A stretch of DNA of 64,000 nucleotides from an uncultured Candidatus Binatia bacterium (GTDB lineage: Bacteria > Desulfobacterota > Binatia > Bin18): NCBI GenBank assembly GCA_965200965.1, contig OZ241744.1, forward strand, positions 1,600,001 through 1,664,000. Direction: 5' to 3'. The position numbers and the translations under genes are program-made. Position 1 is the stretch's first letter, and each line of letters starts with the position of its first letter. This document shows, in pieces, positions 1 through 9,623 of the stretch. The notes below the pieces were generated by a model that was given only the letters and a program-made list of their open reading frames with translations, was not told the DNA's origin and searched no databases.

Positions 1-1009
1 GAGCCTCCGCAACCCGATCCGCGCTCAACTCGGCATCCAGGATCATCAACGCCGCTCCGGCTCGGACCAGCTGCTCTGCATTGGCCCGTTGGTGATCGTC
101 CGCGGCATACGGATAGGGCACAAAGATAGCCGGTTTGCCCAGGGCCGTCAGCTCGGCCAGCGTCATGGCTCCGGCCCGGCAGATAACTAAATCGGCGGCG
201 GCATAGGCCGCGTCCATAGCCTCGATAAAAGGCACAACCTCGGCCTCGACACCGAGCCGCCTGTACGCGCTACGGACCTCGGCATGCTCGGCTTGGCCGG
301 TCTGATGCACAATCCGGAGGCGGTTGGACGGCACCCCGAGAGCGGCAAACGCGGCCGGCAGAATGTGGTTGAGCCGACGCGCGCCAGCACTCCCGCCAAC
401 GACTAAGACGCTGAATGGTCTGGTCCGCTCGTCGGCATTGGGTGCTGCCGGTCCAGGCGACAGACCCGTCACCTCGGCCGCCCGCCAGCGGACTGGGGTA
501 CCGGTATAGACCGCTTTTCCGACCGGAAAGCAGGTTACAGTCGCGGGAAAACCGACGCACACGCGTCTTGCAAAGCGTCCCAACAACCGATTGGTGAGTC
601 CGGGAATTGCGTTCGGTTCAAGCAGCACACACGGGATGCGCCGCAGCCAAGCCGCCACCACGGTCGGGCCAGACGCATAGCCACCAAGGCTGAAAATGAG
701 ATCAGGCCCAAACTCCCCCAGGATGCGCCACGCCGAACCAATCCCGCATAGGGCCGCCCAGCCGGCCCGTAGCCCACCCCACCAGCTTCTGCCCCGCACC
801 TGCTCGGCAGCAATGAGTCGCAGCGGAAAACCCAGGCGCGGAACCACCCTCCCCTCTATGCCGTGGAGCGTGCCGACAAACAGCACCTCGGCCGCTACTT
901 CTCGCTGGGCACCCTGGGCGATCGCCACCCCAGGAAACAGATGGCCACCCGTCCCCCCGGCGGCCAACAGCAGCCGGAGCCGTTTGGTGTCTTTGGGCAT
1001 CCTAGGCAT
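1..1009 (-). CDS. murG: UDP-GlcNAc:lipid I GlcNAc transferase MurG (3' end outside window; not in ORF track)
   Basis: Manual translation gives LLLAAGGTGGHLFPG, GGYASGP, EPNAIPGLTNR, GGSAGA, RAGAMTLAEL, DDHQRANA; directly follows ftsW. Alternative ATG at 1000. Confidence 0.95.
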   Translation of the reverse strand, partial: MPRMPKDTKRLRLLLAAGGTGGHLFPGVAIAQGAQREVAAEVLFVGTLHGIEGRVVPRLGFPLRLIAAEQVRGRSWWGGLRAGWAALCGIGSAWRILGEFGPDLIFSLGGYASGPTVVAAWLRRIPCVLLEPNAIPGLTNRLLGRFARRVCVGFPATVTCFPVGKAVYTGTPVRWRAAEVTGLSPGPAAPNADERTRPFSVLVVGGSAGARRLNHILPAAFAALGVPSNRLRIVHQTGQAEHAEVRSAYRRLGVEAEVVPFIEAMDAAYAAADLVICRAGAMTLAELTALGKPAIFVPYPYAADDHQRANAEQLVRAGAALMILDAELSADRVAEA

Positions 1010-2174
1010 GAGTCTGGTTCTCCTGCCGAATCTCGCGTGATAAGCCCAGCAGCACGCCCACATATACCAGGGCCATACACAGCGACGAGCCGCCATAGCT
1101 GATAAACGGCAGGGGCAGGCCTTTTGTCGGGATCAGGCCCAGCACGACGGCCATATTCAGGCCGGCCTGACCAACCAATAGAAAGCTACAGCCAAAAGCC
1201 AGCAATTGCCCAAACCGATAGGGATGGCGGAGCGCGATCTGCACCCCACGGGCTCCGACAACGGCGAACAGACCAATGATGAGGCCCGTCCCCCACAGCC
1301 CGGTTTCTTCACCTACCACCGCGAACACAAAGTCGGTGTGTGCCTCGGGCAGATAAAACATCTTCTGACTACTCTGGCCCAAGCCGACGCCATGCACCCC
1401 ACCCGCCCCAAAGGCCAGCAGCGACTGGTGGAGTTGATACCCGCCGGTCTGGCGGTGGGCGGCCGGGTCAAGAAAAGACAGCAGCCGGGCACTCCGATAC
1501 TCGGCCGTCATAATCCCAGCCAGCACCACAACCAGCCCCGCTCCGGCCAGCAGGGCTAGGTGGCGGTAGCGCGCCCCGGCGACAAACAGCAGAACGAGCA
1601 GCGTCAGCCCCACAAAGGCCGCCCCGCCCAGGTCAGGCTCTATGACAATCAGGAAAGCGACCAGCCCGACGACCAGCACATGGGGCAACACCCCAAACGC
1701 AAAACTGTGCAGCCGGCCGGCCTTCTTGACCAAGGAACAGGCCAGATACAGCACAACCGCGCCTTTCGCAAACTCGGACGGCTGAAAATTGATTATCCCG
1801 AGATGGATCCAGCGCCGGACCTGACCGTCGGACAGCAGGACGACGATCAGGCCGACAACTGCCAGCAGTAGGGCGGGATAGGCAGAGCGCCAATAGACCG
1901 CCGACGACAGCCGGGCGATCAGCCCCATCCCGAGCACGCCCAGCCCTAGCGCCATCGTCTGCTTCCAGACAAAGCGGTAGGGCTGATCGGTGTGCTCGGC
2001 GGCATAAAAATAGGTGGTGTTCAACACCATAATTTGGCCGATCAGCACCAGCAGCAGCACGCTCGTCAGCAGCCAGCCATCCACTGCTCCACGGCTCGTC
2101 CAGGCCAACGGCTGGTCTTCGAGCCGGGTCGCATCTTCCCGCTTGCGGCTCTCCATTTTTGCTCCGCTTGCCAT
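1002..2174 (-). CDS. ftsW: SEDS peptidoglycan polymerase FtsW
   Basis: RRWI..FQPSEFAK, EPDLG, LPEAHTDFVFAVVGEE, PTKGLPLPFISYGGSS; dcw position. Confidence 0.95.
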   Translation of the reverse strand: MASGAKMESRKREDATRLEDQPLAWTSRGAVDGWLLTSVLLLVLIGQIMVLNTTYFYAAEHTDQPYRFVWKQTMALGLGVLGMGLIARLSSAVYWRSAYPALLLAVVGLIVVLLSDGQVRRWIHLGIINFQPSEFAKGAVVLYLACSLVKKAGRLHSFAFGVLPHVLVVGLVAFLIVIEPDLGGAAFVGLTLLVLLFVAGARYRHLALLAGAGLVVVLAGIMTAEYRSARLLSFLDPAAHRQTGGYQLHQSLLAFGAGGVHGVGLGQSSQKMFYLPEAHTDFVFAVVGEETGLWGTGLIIGLFAVVGARGVQIALRHPYRFGQLLAFGCSFLLVGQAGLNMAVVLGLIPTKGLPLPFISYGGSSLCMALVYVGVLLGLSREIRQENQTHA

Positions 2175-2188
2175 TGCTCAACCGACCG

Positions 2189-3265
2189 TCATCTCAGCTT
2201 CAGCGTACACAGTGCTAACAGGGCACAAAGAATCGACACAATCCAAAACCGGACAATAATCAGGGGTTCCGGCCAGCCCAGCAACTCAAAGTGGTGGTGG
2301 AGCGGTGCCATGCGAAAAATCCGCTTGTGGCGCAGCTTATAGGAGGCGACCTGAAAAATGACCGAAACGGCCTCGGCCACAAACACTCCACCGGCCAAGA
2401 TAAGGACGATTTCCTGCTTACAGATAAGCGCCACAATCCCCAGCGCAGCCCCCAGCGATAAAGCCCCAGTATCACCCATGAACATCTGGGCCGGATAGGC
2501 GTTAAACCACAAAAATCCGAGTCCGGCGGCGGCCAGCGCACCGCAAAAGACCGTCACCTCACCCGCGCCAAGCACATTGGGCACCTGAAGATACTCGGCT
2601 ATCTGGGCATGGCCACTGATATAGGCGAACAAGGCGTAGGTCACCCCGGTAATCATCACCGGCCCAATCGCTAGGCCGTCCAGCCCATCGGTCAAATTGA
2701 CCGCGTTTGAAGCACCCACAATCACCCCCATCGCAAGCGGAATATACCACCAGCCCAGATCGGGCCGGAGGTCTTTGAAAAACGGAATCGTCAGGCTGGT
2801 GTCAAACCCCGGCAGACAGACCAGATAGACGGCCGCCCCAAGGGCCAGGATCATCTGGCATAGCAGTTTATACCTGCCTTGGAGACCGATAGAATTCTCG
2901 TGCGACAGCTTACGGTAGTCATCCCCAAAACCGATCGCCCCAAAGCCTACCGTCACCCCCAGCACAAGCCACACATAGAGATTGCTCAGATCGGCTAACA
3001 GCAGGGTGGCTACCGCCAAGGAGAAGAGAATCAGTATTCCGCCCATGGTCGGCGTTCCAGCCTTGCTGAGGTGCGCCTGTGGACCGTCGGGCCGAATCGG
3101 CTGTCCGAGATGCAAGGCGGTCAGCCGGGCGATCAGCCGTGGTCCGAGAAAAAAGGACACGGTTAGCGCTATGATGGCGGCTAATAACGTCCGAAAGGTG
3201 ATGTACCGGAAGACGTTGAACACCGAGGAGCTGGTATGCAGCGGATACAGTAGCAGGTAGAGCAT
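2189..3265 (-). CDS. mraY: Phospho-N-acetylmuramoyl-pentapeptide transferase MraY
   Basis: [42 protein letters not shown]; ATG overlaps murE stop (TGATG). Confidence 0.97.
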   Translation of the reverse strand: MLYLLLYPLHTSSSVFNVFRYITFRTLLAAIIALTVSFFLGPRLIARLTALHLGQPIRPDGPQAHLSKAGTPTMGGILILFSLAVATLLLADLSNLYVWLVLGVTVGFGAIGFGDDYRKLSHENSIGLQGRYKLLCQMILALGAAVYLVCLPGFDTSLTIPFFKDLRPDLGWWYIPLAMGVIVGASNAVNLTDGLDGLAIGPVMITGVTYALFAYISGHAQIAEYLQVPNVLGAGEVTVFCGALAAAGLGFLWFNAYPAQMFMGDTGALSLGAALGIVALICKQEIVLILAGGVFVAEAVSVIFQVASYKLRHKRIFRMAPLHHHFELLGWPEPLIIVRFWIVSILCALLALCTLKLR

Positions 3266-4815
3266 CACCCGGCCTCCTGAGCGGAGAAATAACGGCGGAC
3301 CTCTTCTCGATCGTCGAAGTGATGCTTGCGGGTACCGATGATCTGGTAGTCCTCGTGGCCCTTGCCGGCAATCACCACCATGTCTCCGGACCGAGCCCCG
3401 GCCAAAGCGGCCTGAATCGCGGCCCGACGGTCAGCCAGGACCACATAGCCGTGCTGCGCAGTAGCGAGGGCCAACGGCCCGCCCAGCGGCCGCAGACCGG
3501 TCTGGACCAGACCGCGTTCCGTCTCAGCCAGGATACGCTGCGGATCTTCGCTGCGTGGATTGTCCGAGGTTAGAACAACAAGGTCGCTCAGCCGACCGGC
3601 GGCCTGTCCCATAAGCGGCCGCTTGCCCCGATCCCGGTCGCCACCGCAGCCAAAGACCGTCACCAAACGTTTTTGGGTCAGCGAACGCACCGAACTCAGG
3701 GTCTTGTCGAGCGCGTCGGGTTTATGGGCATAGTCCACAATGACTTCAAACGGCTGGTCGAGTTCCAGGCGTTCCAAGCGTCCGGGTACATTGCGACAGG
3801 CGGCGATACCAGCCACAATCATCTCGGCCGGCACGCCTAGCGCGTGGGCCGTGGCCGCCGCGGCCACGATATTGTACAGGTGTGGCTCGCCGATCAGGGC
3901 GGAGGAAAACGTGACCGACCTGCCCTCTATACGCAACACTCCGCGCAGGCCGCCGGCACTGTGTTCAAGCGCAGAGATCGAGACTGTCGCATCAGGGCTG
4001 CGGCCGTAGGTGATGAGCCGGCCGGGCAGTCGGTAGCCGGCCAATTTCTGGCCCCACGGATCATCCACATTGACCACGGCAAAACGGTTGGCCTTGGGGG
4101 AGTTGGCCAGACCGGAGCAAAACAGGCTGACCTTAGCGGCAAAATAATCGTCCAGGTCGGTATGAAAATCGAGATGATCTCGGCCCAAATTCGTAAACAC
4201 TGCCCCGTCCCACTGACAGCCACAGACCCGCTCCTGAACCAGAGCGTGGGACGAGACCTCCATGACCGCGTGGCGCACTCCAGCCTTGACCATCGTACCC
4301 AGCAGCGCCTGGAGTTCAACCGCTTCAGGGGTGGTAAACGACGCCGGCTCTTGTCGTCCCGGATAGCGGTAATTGACCGTGCCAATCACGCCGGTTGGCC
4401 AACTCATAGCCAGGCAGATGGCCTCCAGCAGATAGGTCGTTGTGGTTTTCCCACTCGTTCCGGTTACGCCGACCAGCGACAGCTTGGCACTCGGCCGGCC
4501 GTAAAACCGGTCGGCCATCAGTCCCAGCAGATGCCGCGGCCTCGCGCAGCCGATCAGACCCAGCGGCCGCCCGTAGCCCGCCAGCCGTGCTTGCACGATG
4601 CTGTAATCTTCCTGGGCGACAACAACCGCCGCGGCCCCGGCCTGCAAGGCTTGCTCTGCAAATGCTAAGCCGTCGGTCTTTGTCCCCGCCAAGGCGAAAA
4701 ACACCGCCCCAGGTCTCACCCGACGCGAATCGTAGGCCAGCTGCGTGACCGGAATGTCCAACTGGCCCGAGGTCTGAAGTACAAGGCTTGGCGGTAAGAG
4801 CTCGGCCAGCCTCAC
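3265..4815 (-). CDS. murE: UDP-MurNAc-tripeptide synthetase MurE (meso-DAP type)
   Basis: [49 protein letters not shown]-specificity motif, AGKGHE. Confidence 0.95.
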   Translation of the reverse strand: MRLAELLPPSLVLQTSGQLDIPVTQLAYDSRRVRPGAVFFALAGTKTDGLAFAEQALQAGAAAVVVAQEDYSIVQARLAGYGRPLGLIGCARPRHLLGLMADRFYGRPSAKLSLVGVTGTSGKTTTTYLLEAICLAMSWPTGVIGTVNYRYPGRQEPASFTTPEAVELQALLGTMVKAGVRHAVMEVSSHALVQERVCGCQWDGAVFTNLGRDHLDFHTDLDDYFAAKVSLFCSGLANSPKANRFAVVNVDDPWGQKLAGYRLPGRLITYGRSPDATVSISALEHSAGGLRGVLRIEGRSVTFSSALIGEPHLYNIVAAAATAHALGVPAEMIVAGIAACRNVPGRLERLELDQPFEVIVDYAHKPDALDKTLSSVRSLTQKRLVTVFGCGGDRDRGKRPLMGQAAGRLSDLVVLTSDNPRSEDPQRILAETERGLVQTGLRPLGGPLALATAQHGYVVLADRRAAIQAALAGARSGDMVVIAGKGHEDYQIIGTRKHHFDDREEVRRYFSAQEAG

Positions 4816-6743
4816 AGCGTCTCCTCCTCGGCAACGATCGCTGGCCGGGGCGGGGCTAAGCTCAGGCGGTAGAGAGGCTGGGCGGTGCGGGGGTCATACT
4901 GCACAGCCTGGCCGACAACATAGCCGCTGCCGGTTGTGGTCACCTGCCAGCCGTATCGCTCGGCGGTGCGTAGAGCTTCGCGCAGGCTGAGACCCAGGAA
5001 ATTGGGCCGACCGGCGTGATCCGGGCTGGACGGGCGGGCGGGCTGAGACCCGCCCGCGACCTGAACCGGAAGCGTTGCAGCCTCAACGCCCAGCGCAGCC
5101 AGGGCCTGGCCGGCAATGGCCCGAAAAACCGGCGCGGCGACCTGACCGCCATAATATCCATCCCGGCTCGGTTCATCAACGACAACCGCGATCACCAGCC
5201 GCGGCGCGTCGACCGGCACAATGCCGACAAAAGAGGCGATATACGCCCGGGCCGAGTACTTGCCCTCAGCATCAAGTTTCTGGCTCGTTCCGGTCTTGCC
5301 GGCGACCCGAAAGCCTTCAAGCTGTGCCCGCCAGCCGGTCCCGTCGTGTTGAACCACGTTCTCGAGCAGTCCGATAACCTGTTTTGCCGTCTCAGGCCGG
5401 ACCGCCTGCCAGACGGGGTGCGAACGGTTGACCCGCAGCACCGTCCCATTGCTATCCCGGATGTCCTGAACAACATACGGCCGCATCAACACCCCATCGT
5501 TAGCCAGGGTAGCAAACGCGGCGGCCAGTTGCAGAGGAGTGACCGCCACGCCATAGCCGAAACTCGTCGTGGCCAGGGTAATGGACGACCATTTCCGAGC
5601 CGTGGGCAGCAAGCCGGGGCTCTCGGCCGGCAGATCAATGCCGCTGGTCTGACCCAGGCCAAAAGCACGAAGATAGCGGGAGTAGGTCTGTTGACCAAGC
5701 CGTTGGACGACCTTGGCCACACCGATATTGCTCGAGTGTTTGATGACCTCGGCAAAGCTCAGCCAGCCGTGCGGCCGATGGTCATGGATCGTCCGCCGTC
5801 CGATCCGATACTGTCCCTGTTCACAAAAAATCTGCTCCTCAGGGTCCACCAGCCGGCTGTCCAGAACGGCCGCGGCCAGCAGCGCCTTCAGGGTCGAGCC
5901 GGGCTCGTAGACCTCGCTGACCGCCCGATTGCGACGGACCGCAGGCACCACGGCCGCCGGGGTATGGGGATCAAAGCTCGGCACTTGGGCCATGGCCAAG
6001 ACGGCAAAGCTTCGGGGATCAAGAATAACGACCGTGCCGGCCTTGGCCGCGTGCGCCTCAACCGCCCGGGCGAGTTCTTGCTCGGCGATGTACTGGAGTC
6101 CAGCGTCGAGGCTAAGACGGACCTGAGATGTCTGGCTCTGCCCGTCTCCCATCCCGTGGGCAAAAATCATCCGGCCAAAGGCGTCGCGCAGCCCGCTCAA
6201 CTCGGCCGGCCGGCCGCGCAGATGGTGGGCATAGGCCCGTTCTACGCCGGCGAGACCCTTGGCATCAATATCGGTGAAACCGAGCAACGGCGCGGCCAAA
6301 CTACCCTGCGGATAGACCCGCCGTTCACTCTGGTGGCTGCCAATCCCGGCAATAGCCAAGCTGCGGACCTGGGCCGCCAGCTGGAGCGAGGCCCGACGTC
6401 GTAACCAGACAAACGGGGCTGGTGTTCTCAGCAGTTGAGCCACCCGCGGAGCCGGCAGATGCAGGGCTGCGGCCAGAGTTGGCAGCCATTCATCAATCCC
6501 GTCCGGCAACTGGCCAGGGTGGACAAAAAGGGACTCGGCCGACACGCTCAGGGCCAGGAGCTTCCCGTTCCGATCAACAATCGTTCCCCGCTGCGAGGTC
6601 CAGCGAATCCGCTTGTGGTGTTGACTGGCCGCCCGGTCGGCCAACTCCCGGTGTTGGATAACTGTCAGTTGAACCAGCCGGCCGGCCACCAGCACGAGTC
6701 CGAGCCCAATACACAGCGCGGCAGCCCACAACCGTTTTTCCAT
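4812..6743 (-). CDS. ftsI: Class B PBP FtsI/PBP3 with C-terminal PASTA-like domain
   Basis: N-terminal TM, RGTIVDRNG, SxxK (GSTLK), SSN, KTGT. Confidence 0.93.
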   Translation of the reverse strand: MEKRLWAAALCIGLGLVLVAGRLVQLTVIQHRELADRAASQHHKRIRWTSQRGTIVDRNGKLLALSVSAESLFVHPGQLPDGIDEWLPTLAAALHLPAPRVAQLLRTPAPFVWLRRRASLQLAAQVRSLAIAGIGSHQSERRVYPQGSLAAPLLGFTDIDAKGLAGVERAYAHHLRGRPAELSGLRDAFGRMIFAHGMGDGQSQTSQVRLSLDAGLQYIAEQELARAVEAHAAKAGTVVILDPRSFAVLAMAQVPSFDPHTPAAVVPAVRRNRAVSEVYEPGSTLKALLAAAVLDSRLVDPEEQIFCEQGQYRIGRRTIHDHRPHGWLSFAEVIKHSSNIGVAKVVQRLGQQTYSRYLRAFGLGQTSGIDLPAESPGLLPTARKWSSITLATTSFGYGVAVTPLQLAAAFATLANDGVLMRPYVVQDIRDSNGTVLRVNRSHPVWQAVRPETAKQVIGLLENVVQHDGTGWRAQLEGFRVAGKTGTSQKLDAEGKYSARAYIASFVGIVPVDAPRLVIAVVVDEPSRDGYYGGQVAAPVFRAIAGQALAALGVEAATLPVQVAGGSQPARPSSPDHAGRPNFLGLSLREALRTAERYGWQVTTTGSGYVVGQAVQYDPRTAQPLYRLSLAPPRPAIVAEEETL

Positions 6744-6752
6744 CCCCCCTCC

Positions 6753-7052
6753 TCATTGTCCCCGCCGGACAGTCGTGATCTGCCTGACCTGGCCGGCTTG
6801 GGGCACGCTGAGTCCCAAACGTTGGTGAGCCAGCCGGGCAAGACGACCCGATGCCGTCAGCCTGCTCCACTCGGCTTCAAGGCTGCGCTGCTCAGCCTCA
6901 AGCGTTTGCAACAGGTGTAGCGTGTTAGACAACGCATAACCGGTCGCCACGACTTGCAGACGGGTCCAAATCTGGGCGCAGACTAAGCCTACGCCGAGCA
7001 GGGCGACAAGACCATAGCCCAGCCACTGAGGCGCAGGACTCGAATGCGGCAT
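6753..7052 (-). CDS. ftsL: Cell division protein FtsL
   Basis: Small single-TM coiled-coil protein between rsmH and ftsI. Confidence 0.75.
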   Translation of the reverse strand: MPHSSPAPQWLGYGLVALLGVGLVCAQIWTRLQVVATGYALSNTLHLLQTLEAEQRSLEAEWSRLTASGRLARLAHQRLGLSVPQAGQVRQITTVRRGQ

Positions 7053-7079
7053 ACTGCCCTTCCTCTTTCCACCATTCCT

Positions 7080-8057
7080 CTAGCCATATCGTTCTACCGC
7101 ACGCAGCCGCGCACTCCGAGCACGCGGGTTGTCAGCCACTTCCTGTCGGGATGGGGTCAACGGTTTTGGCGTCAGGACCTTCACCTTCGGAGACCAGCCA
7201 CAGGCGCACAGCGTGAGCTGGGGCGGGCACACACACGAGGCGGCCCAACGCCGAAAGGCGGTCTTGACCAGACGGTCTTCCAAAGAATGGTAGGCCAGGA
7301 TGACCAGCCTGCCACCCGGCTTCAGCAGGCGATAGCCGTCGGCCAAAAATGTGGACAGGTGGCTGAGTTCCTGGTTCACCGCAATCCGCAGGGCCTGAAA
7401 GACCCGGGTGGCCGGATGGACAGGAGAGCGGGCCGAGCGGGACGGCCGTTTGATGATCTGCTCAATCGTCCGAGCCAGGGCGGTGGTGGTGGTCAACGGG
7501 GCCTTTTTGCGCGCCTCAACTACGGCCCGGGCCAGCGCGCCAGCGGCCGGCTCCTCGCCCCACTGGCGAAAGATCTGACGCAGTTCGGCCCGGTTGGCAT
7601 GATTGACCACATCGGCCGCGCAGCGCTGTTCAGCCTGATCCATACGCATATCAAGCGGACCGGTGCGCAGAAAGCTAAAGCCCCGCCCGGCATTGTCAAG
7701 TTGTAACGAGGAAAAGCCCAGGTCAAGCACCGCGGCGTCAACGCCCGACCAGCCCAGGCGGGCCAGGGTCGCCTGGGCTTGGCTAAAATTTGCCTGGACG
7801 AGGGTAATACGCGCGCTCCAGTCGGCGAGCCGCCGCCGGGCCACCACCAGGGCTTCGCCATCCCGGTCAAGCCCCAGCAGCCTGCCGTTCGGTCCGGCTG
7901 TGGCTAACACCGCCACGGCGTGCCCACCGCCACCCAGGGTACCGTCCAGCACCTCGGCACCAGGCCGCAGCCGCAACTGGGCGAGCGTCTCCTCAAGCAT
8001 CACCGGCAGGTGGCCTGAAACAGGGGCACAGGACTGGCTGGCAAATACCGTTTCCAT
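7080..8057 (-). CDS. rsmH: 16S rRNA m4C1402 methyltransferase RsmH (MraW)
   Basis: HLPVMLEE, DGTLGGGGH, DLGFSS, PLDMRM, HPATRVFQALRIAVNQEL, YHSLEDR, NPRARSA. Confidence 0.97.
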   Translation of the reverse strand: METVFASQSCAPVSGHLPVMLEETLAQLRLRPGAEVLDGTLGGGGHAVAVLATAGPNGRLLGLDRDGEALVVARRRLADWSARITLVQANFSQAQATLARLGWSGVDAAVLDLGFSSLQLDNAGRGFSFLRTGPLDMRMDQAEQRCAADVVNHANRAELRQIFRQWGEEPAAGALARAVVEARKKAPLTTTTALARTIEQIIKRPSRSARSPVHPATRVFQALRIAVNQELSHLSTFLADGYRLLKPGGRLVILAYHSLEDRLVKTAFRRWAASCVCPPQLTLCACGWSPKVKVLTPKPLTPSRQEVADNPRARSARLRAVERYG

Positions 8058-8213
8058 GACGCCTGTACACTGACACGGGTGAATGTAGGTCTGTCAGGGG
8101 CGCGAGGGGAAGAAGGGCTGAACCGAAACGCGGTTCCGTATCCGTAGATAACCCGTGGCACCCGTCAGACACTGCCGCTCCGCAACCTCCCAGTACCGCC
8201 AACAGTCCCTACC

Positions 8214-8242
8214 ACTATAACCGCCAGGGTTTTGCCTGTCAA
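8214..8242 (-). promoter_or_regulatory. Sigma70-type promoter of the dcw operon
   Basis: Minus strand TTGACA-17 bp-TATAGT upstream of rsmH. Confidence 0.75.
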
Positions 8243-8289
8243 GCAAAACTCCTAGGAAACTCAGGCAGTTTGCCGCTATGTGGCCAGCA

Positions 8290-8318
8290 TTGACTCAGCC
8301 CCGCGGCTCCGATACATT
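8290..8318 (+). promoter_or_regulatory. Sigma70-type promoter of the aminotransferase-serA operon
   Basis: TTGACT-17 bp-TACATT, divergent from the dcw promoter. Confidence 0.6.
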
Positions 8319-8359
8319 TTCACCTTGAGCAGCGAAGGATTCGTCACGAGAAAAGCTGT

Positions 8360-8397
8360 TGCTTGGACCGTGCCCACCGCCGTCCGGGCGTTTTTTT
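8360..8397 (+). terminator. Terminator-like hairpin plus T7 tract inside the 5' leader (possible attenuator)
   Basis: GCTTGGAC (8361-8368) pairs with GTCCGGGC (8382-8389), followed by G and TTTTTTT, just before the RBS and ATG at 8414. Confidence 0.45.
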
Positions 8398-8413
8398 GGT
8401 TTCGGAGCGTCGT

Positions 8414-9574
8414 ATGCAAAAACGGTATTTGCTAACCCCCGGGCCGACCCAGGTTCCGCCCGAGGTCCTGCTGCGCATGTCGCAGCCGATCATCCATCAC
8501 CGCAGCCCGGAATTCAGTCAGCTTTTTGCCGAGGTCCAAACCGGGTTACGCTGGCTGTTTCAAACCGGCCAAGATGTGCTCATCCTGGCCGCCTCAGGCA
8601 CCGGGGCAATGGAGGCGGCGGTCTTCAATATCTGTTCAGCCGGGGACAGCGTGCTGGTCATTAACGGCGGCAAATTCGGCCAGCGATGGCTGAAAATCTG
8701 TCAGGCGGCCGGCCTCGCAGTCATTGAAATCCAGGTTGAGTGGGGCCGGGCGGTGGCCGTTGAGGCAGTGGCCCAGGCGCTTGCTCAACATCCTGAGGTG
8801 CGGGCCGTCCTCGTCCAGGCCAGCGAGACCTCAACCACCGTGCTGCATCCCGTCCAGGACCTCGCGCGTCTGACCCGCCACACCGACCGCCTGCTGATCG
8901 TTGACGCTATTACCGCACTTGGCGCGACCGCAGTGCCGATGGACGACTGGGGGATTGATATTCTGGTCGCCGGCTCGCAAAAAGCCCTCATGCTACCGCC
9001 GGGCCTCGCCTTGGTGGCTCTCAGCGTCAAAGCTTGGCAGCGGACCGCCGCGGCCAGCCTGCCACGTTTCTATTTTGATTTGCAACGTGAGCGCCAAGCC
9101 CAATACCGCCATACGACCGCTTACACTCCGGCCGTCTCGCTGATTGTCGGCCTGCACGAGGTCTTACGCCTATTACAGCACGAAGGCTTAGCCCAACTGT
9201 ACGCCCGGCACGCGCGTCTGGCTCAGGCGGCCCGGACCGCAGCCCAGGCGCTGGGTCTGCGTTTACTCGCGCCCGAGCACCCTAGTCCGGCGGCTACCGG
9301 GGTATGGTTGCCTCCTAAGGTGAACAGCAACCGGCTGCTGAACGCTATGCGCACTCACATGGGGGTTGATATTGCGGGCGGCCAGGACCAACTGAGCGGA
9401 AAAATTGTTCGGATCTCTCATATCGGCTATACTGGCCCCTTTGACGTGATTACCGCCATCAGCGCTCTGGAGATGGCATTAAGCTCGTTTGGCTGTGATA
9501 TCGAACTCGGACGCGGCGTTCGGGCCGCCCAGGAAATCCTGATGACGGGCTGGCCCGCTCTGAACCAGGCCTAA
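8414..9574 (+). CDS. Class V PLP aminotransferase (serine-glyoxylate / phosphoserine aminotransferase-like)
   Basis: LLTPGPT, HHRSPEF, SGTGAMEAA, ETST, VDAI, GSQKALMLPPGL; GGAG RBS before ATG 8414; upstream of serA. Confidence 0.9.
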   Translation: MQKRYLLTPGPTQVPPEVLLRMSQPIIHHRSPEFSQLFAEVQTGLRWLFQTGQDVLILAASGTGAMEAAVFNICSAGDSVLVINGGKFGQRWLKICQAAGLAVIEIQVEWGRAVAVEAVAQALAQHPEVRAVLVQASETSTTVLHPVQDLARLTRHTDRLLIVDAITALGATAVPMDDWGIDILVAGSQKALMLPPGLALVALSVKAWQRTAAASLPRFYFDLQRERQAQYRHTTAYTPAVSLIVGLHEVLRLLQHEGLAQLYARHARLAQAARTAAQALGLRLLAPEHPSPAATGVWLPPKVNSNRLLNAMRTHMGVDIAGGQDQLSGKIVRISHIGYTGPFDVITAISALEMALSSFGCDIELGRGVRAAQEILMTGWPALNQA

Positions 9575-9623
9575 GGCAGGGGGACGAGCCACATCCAGCA
9601 CGCAGTCCAAACAGAGCAAACCC

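Noticed and set aside
5016-6404. 462-aa + strand ORF
   Set aside because: Antisense shadow of ftsI in GC-rich DNA; no motifs. The same applies to 3844-4668, 23977-25005, 31860-32798, 39979-41199, 52590-53687 and 58400-59683.
8325-8397. ZTP or glycine riboswitch
   Set aside because: Lacks the GACTGGCG / CGCCTGGGC elements of ZTP and the GGAGA..CCGAAG / CTCTCAGG elements of glycine aptamers; kept only as an unassigned structured leader.
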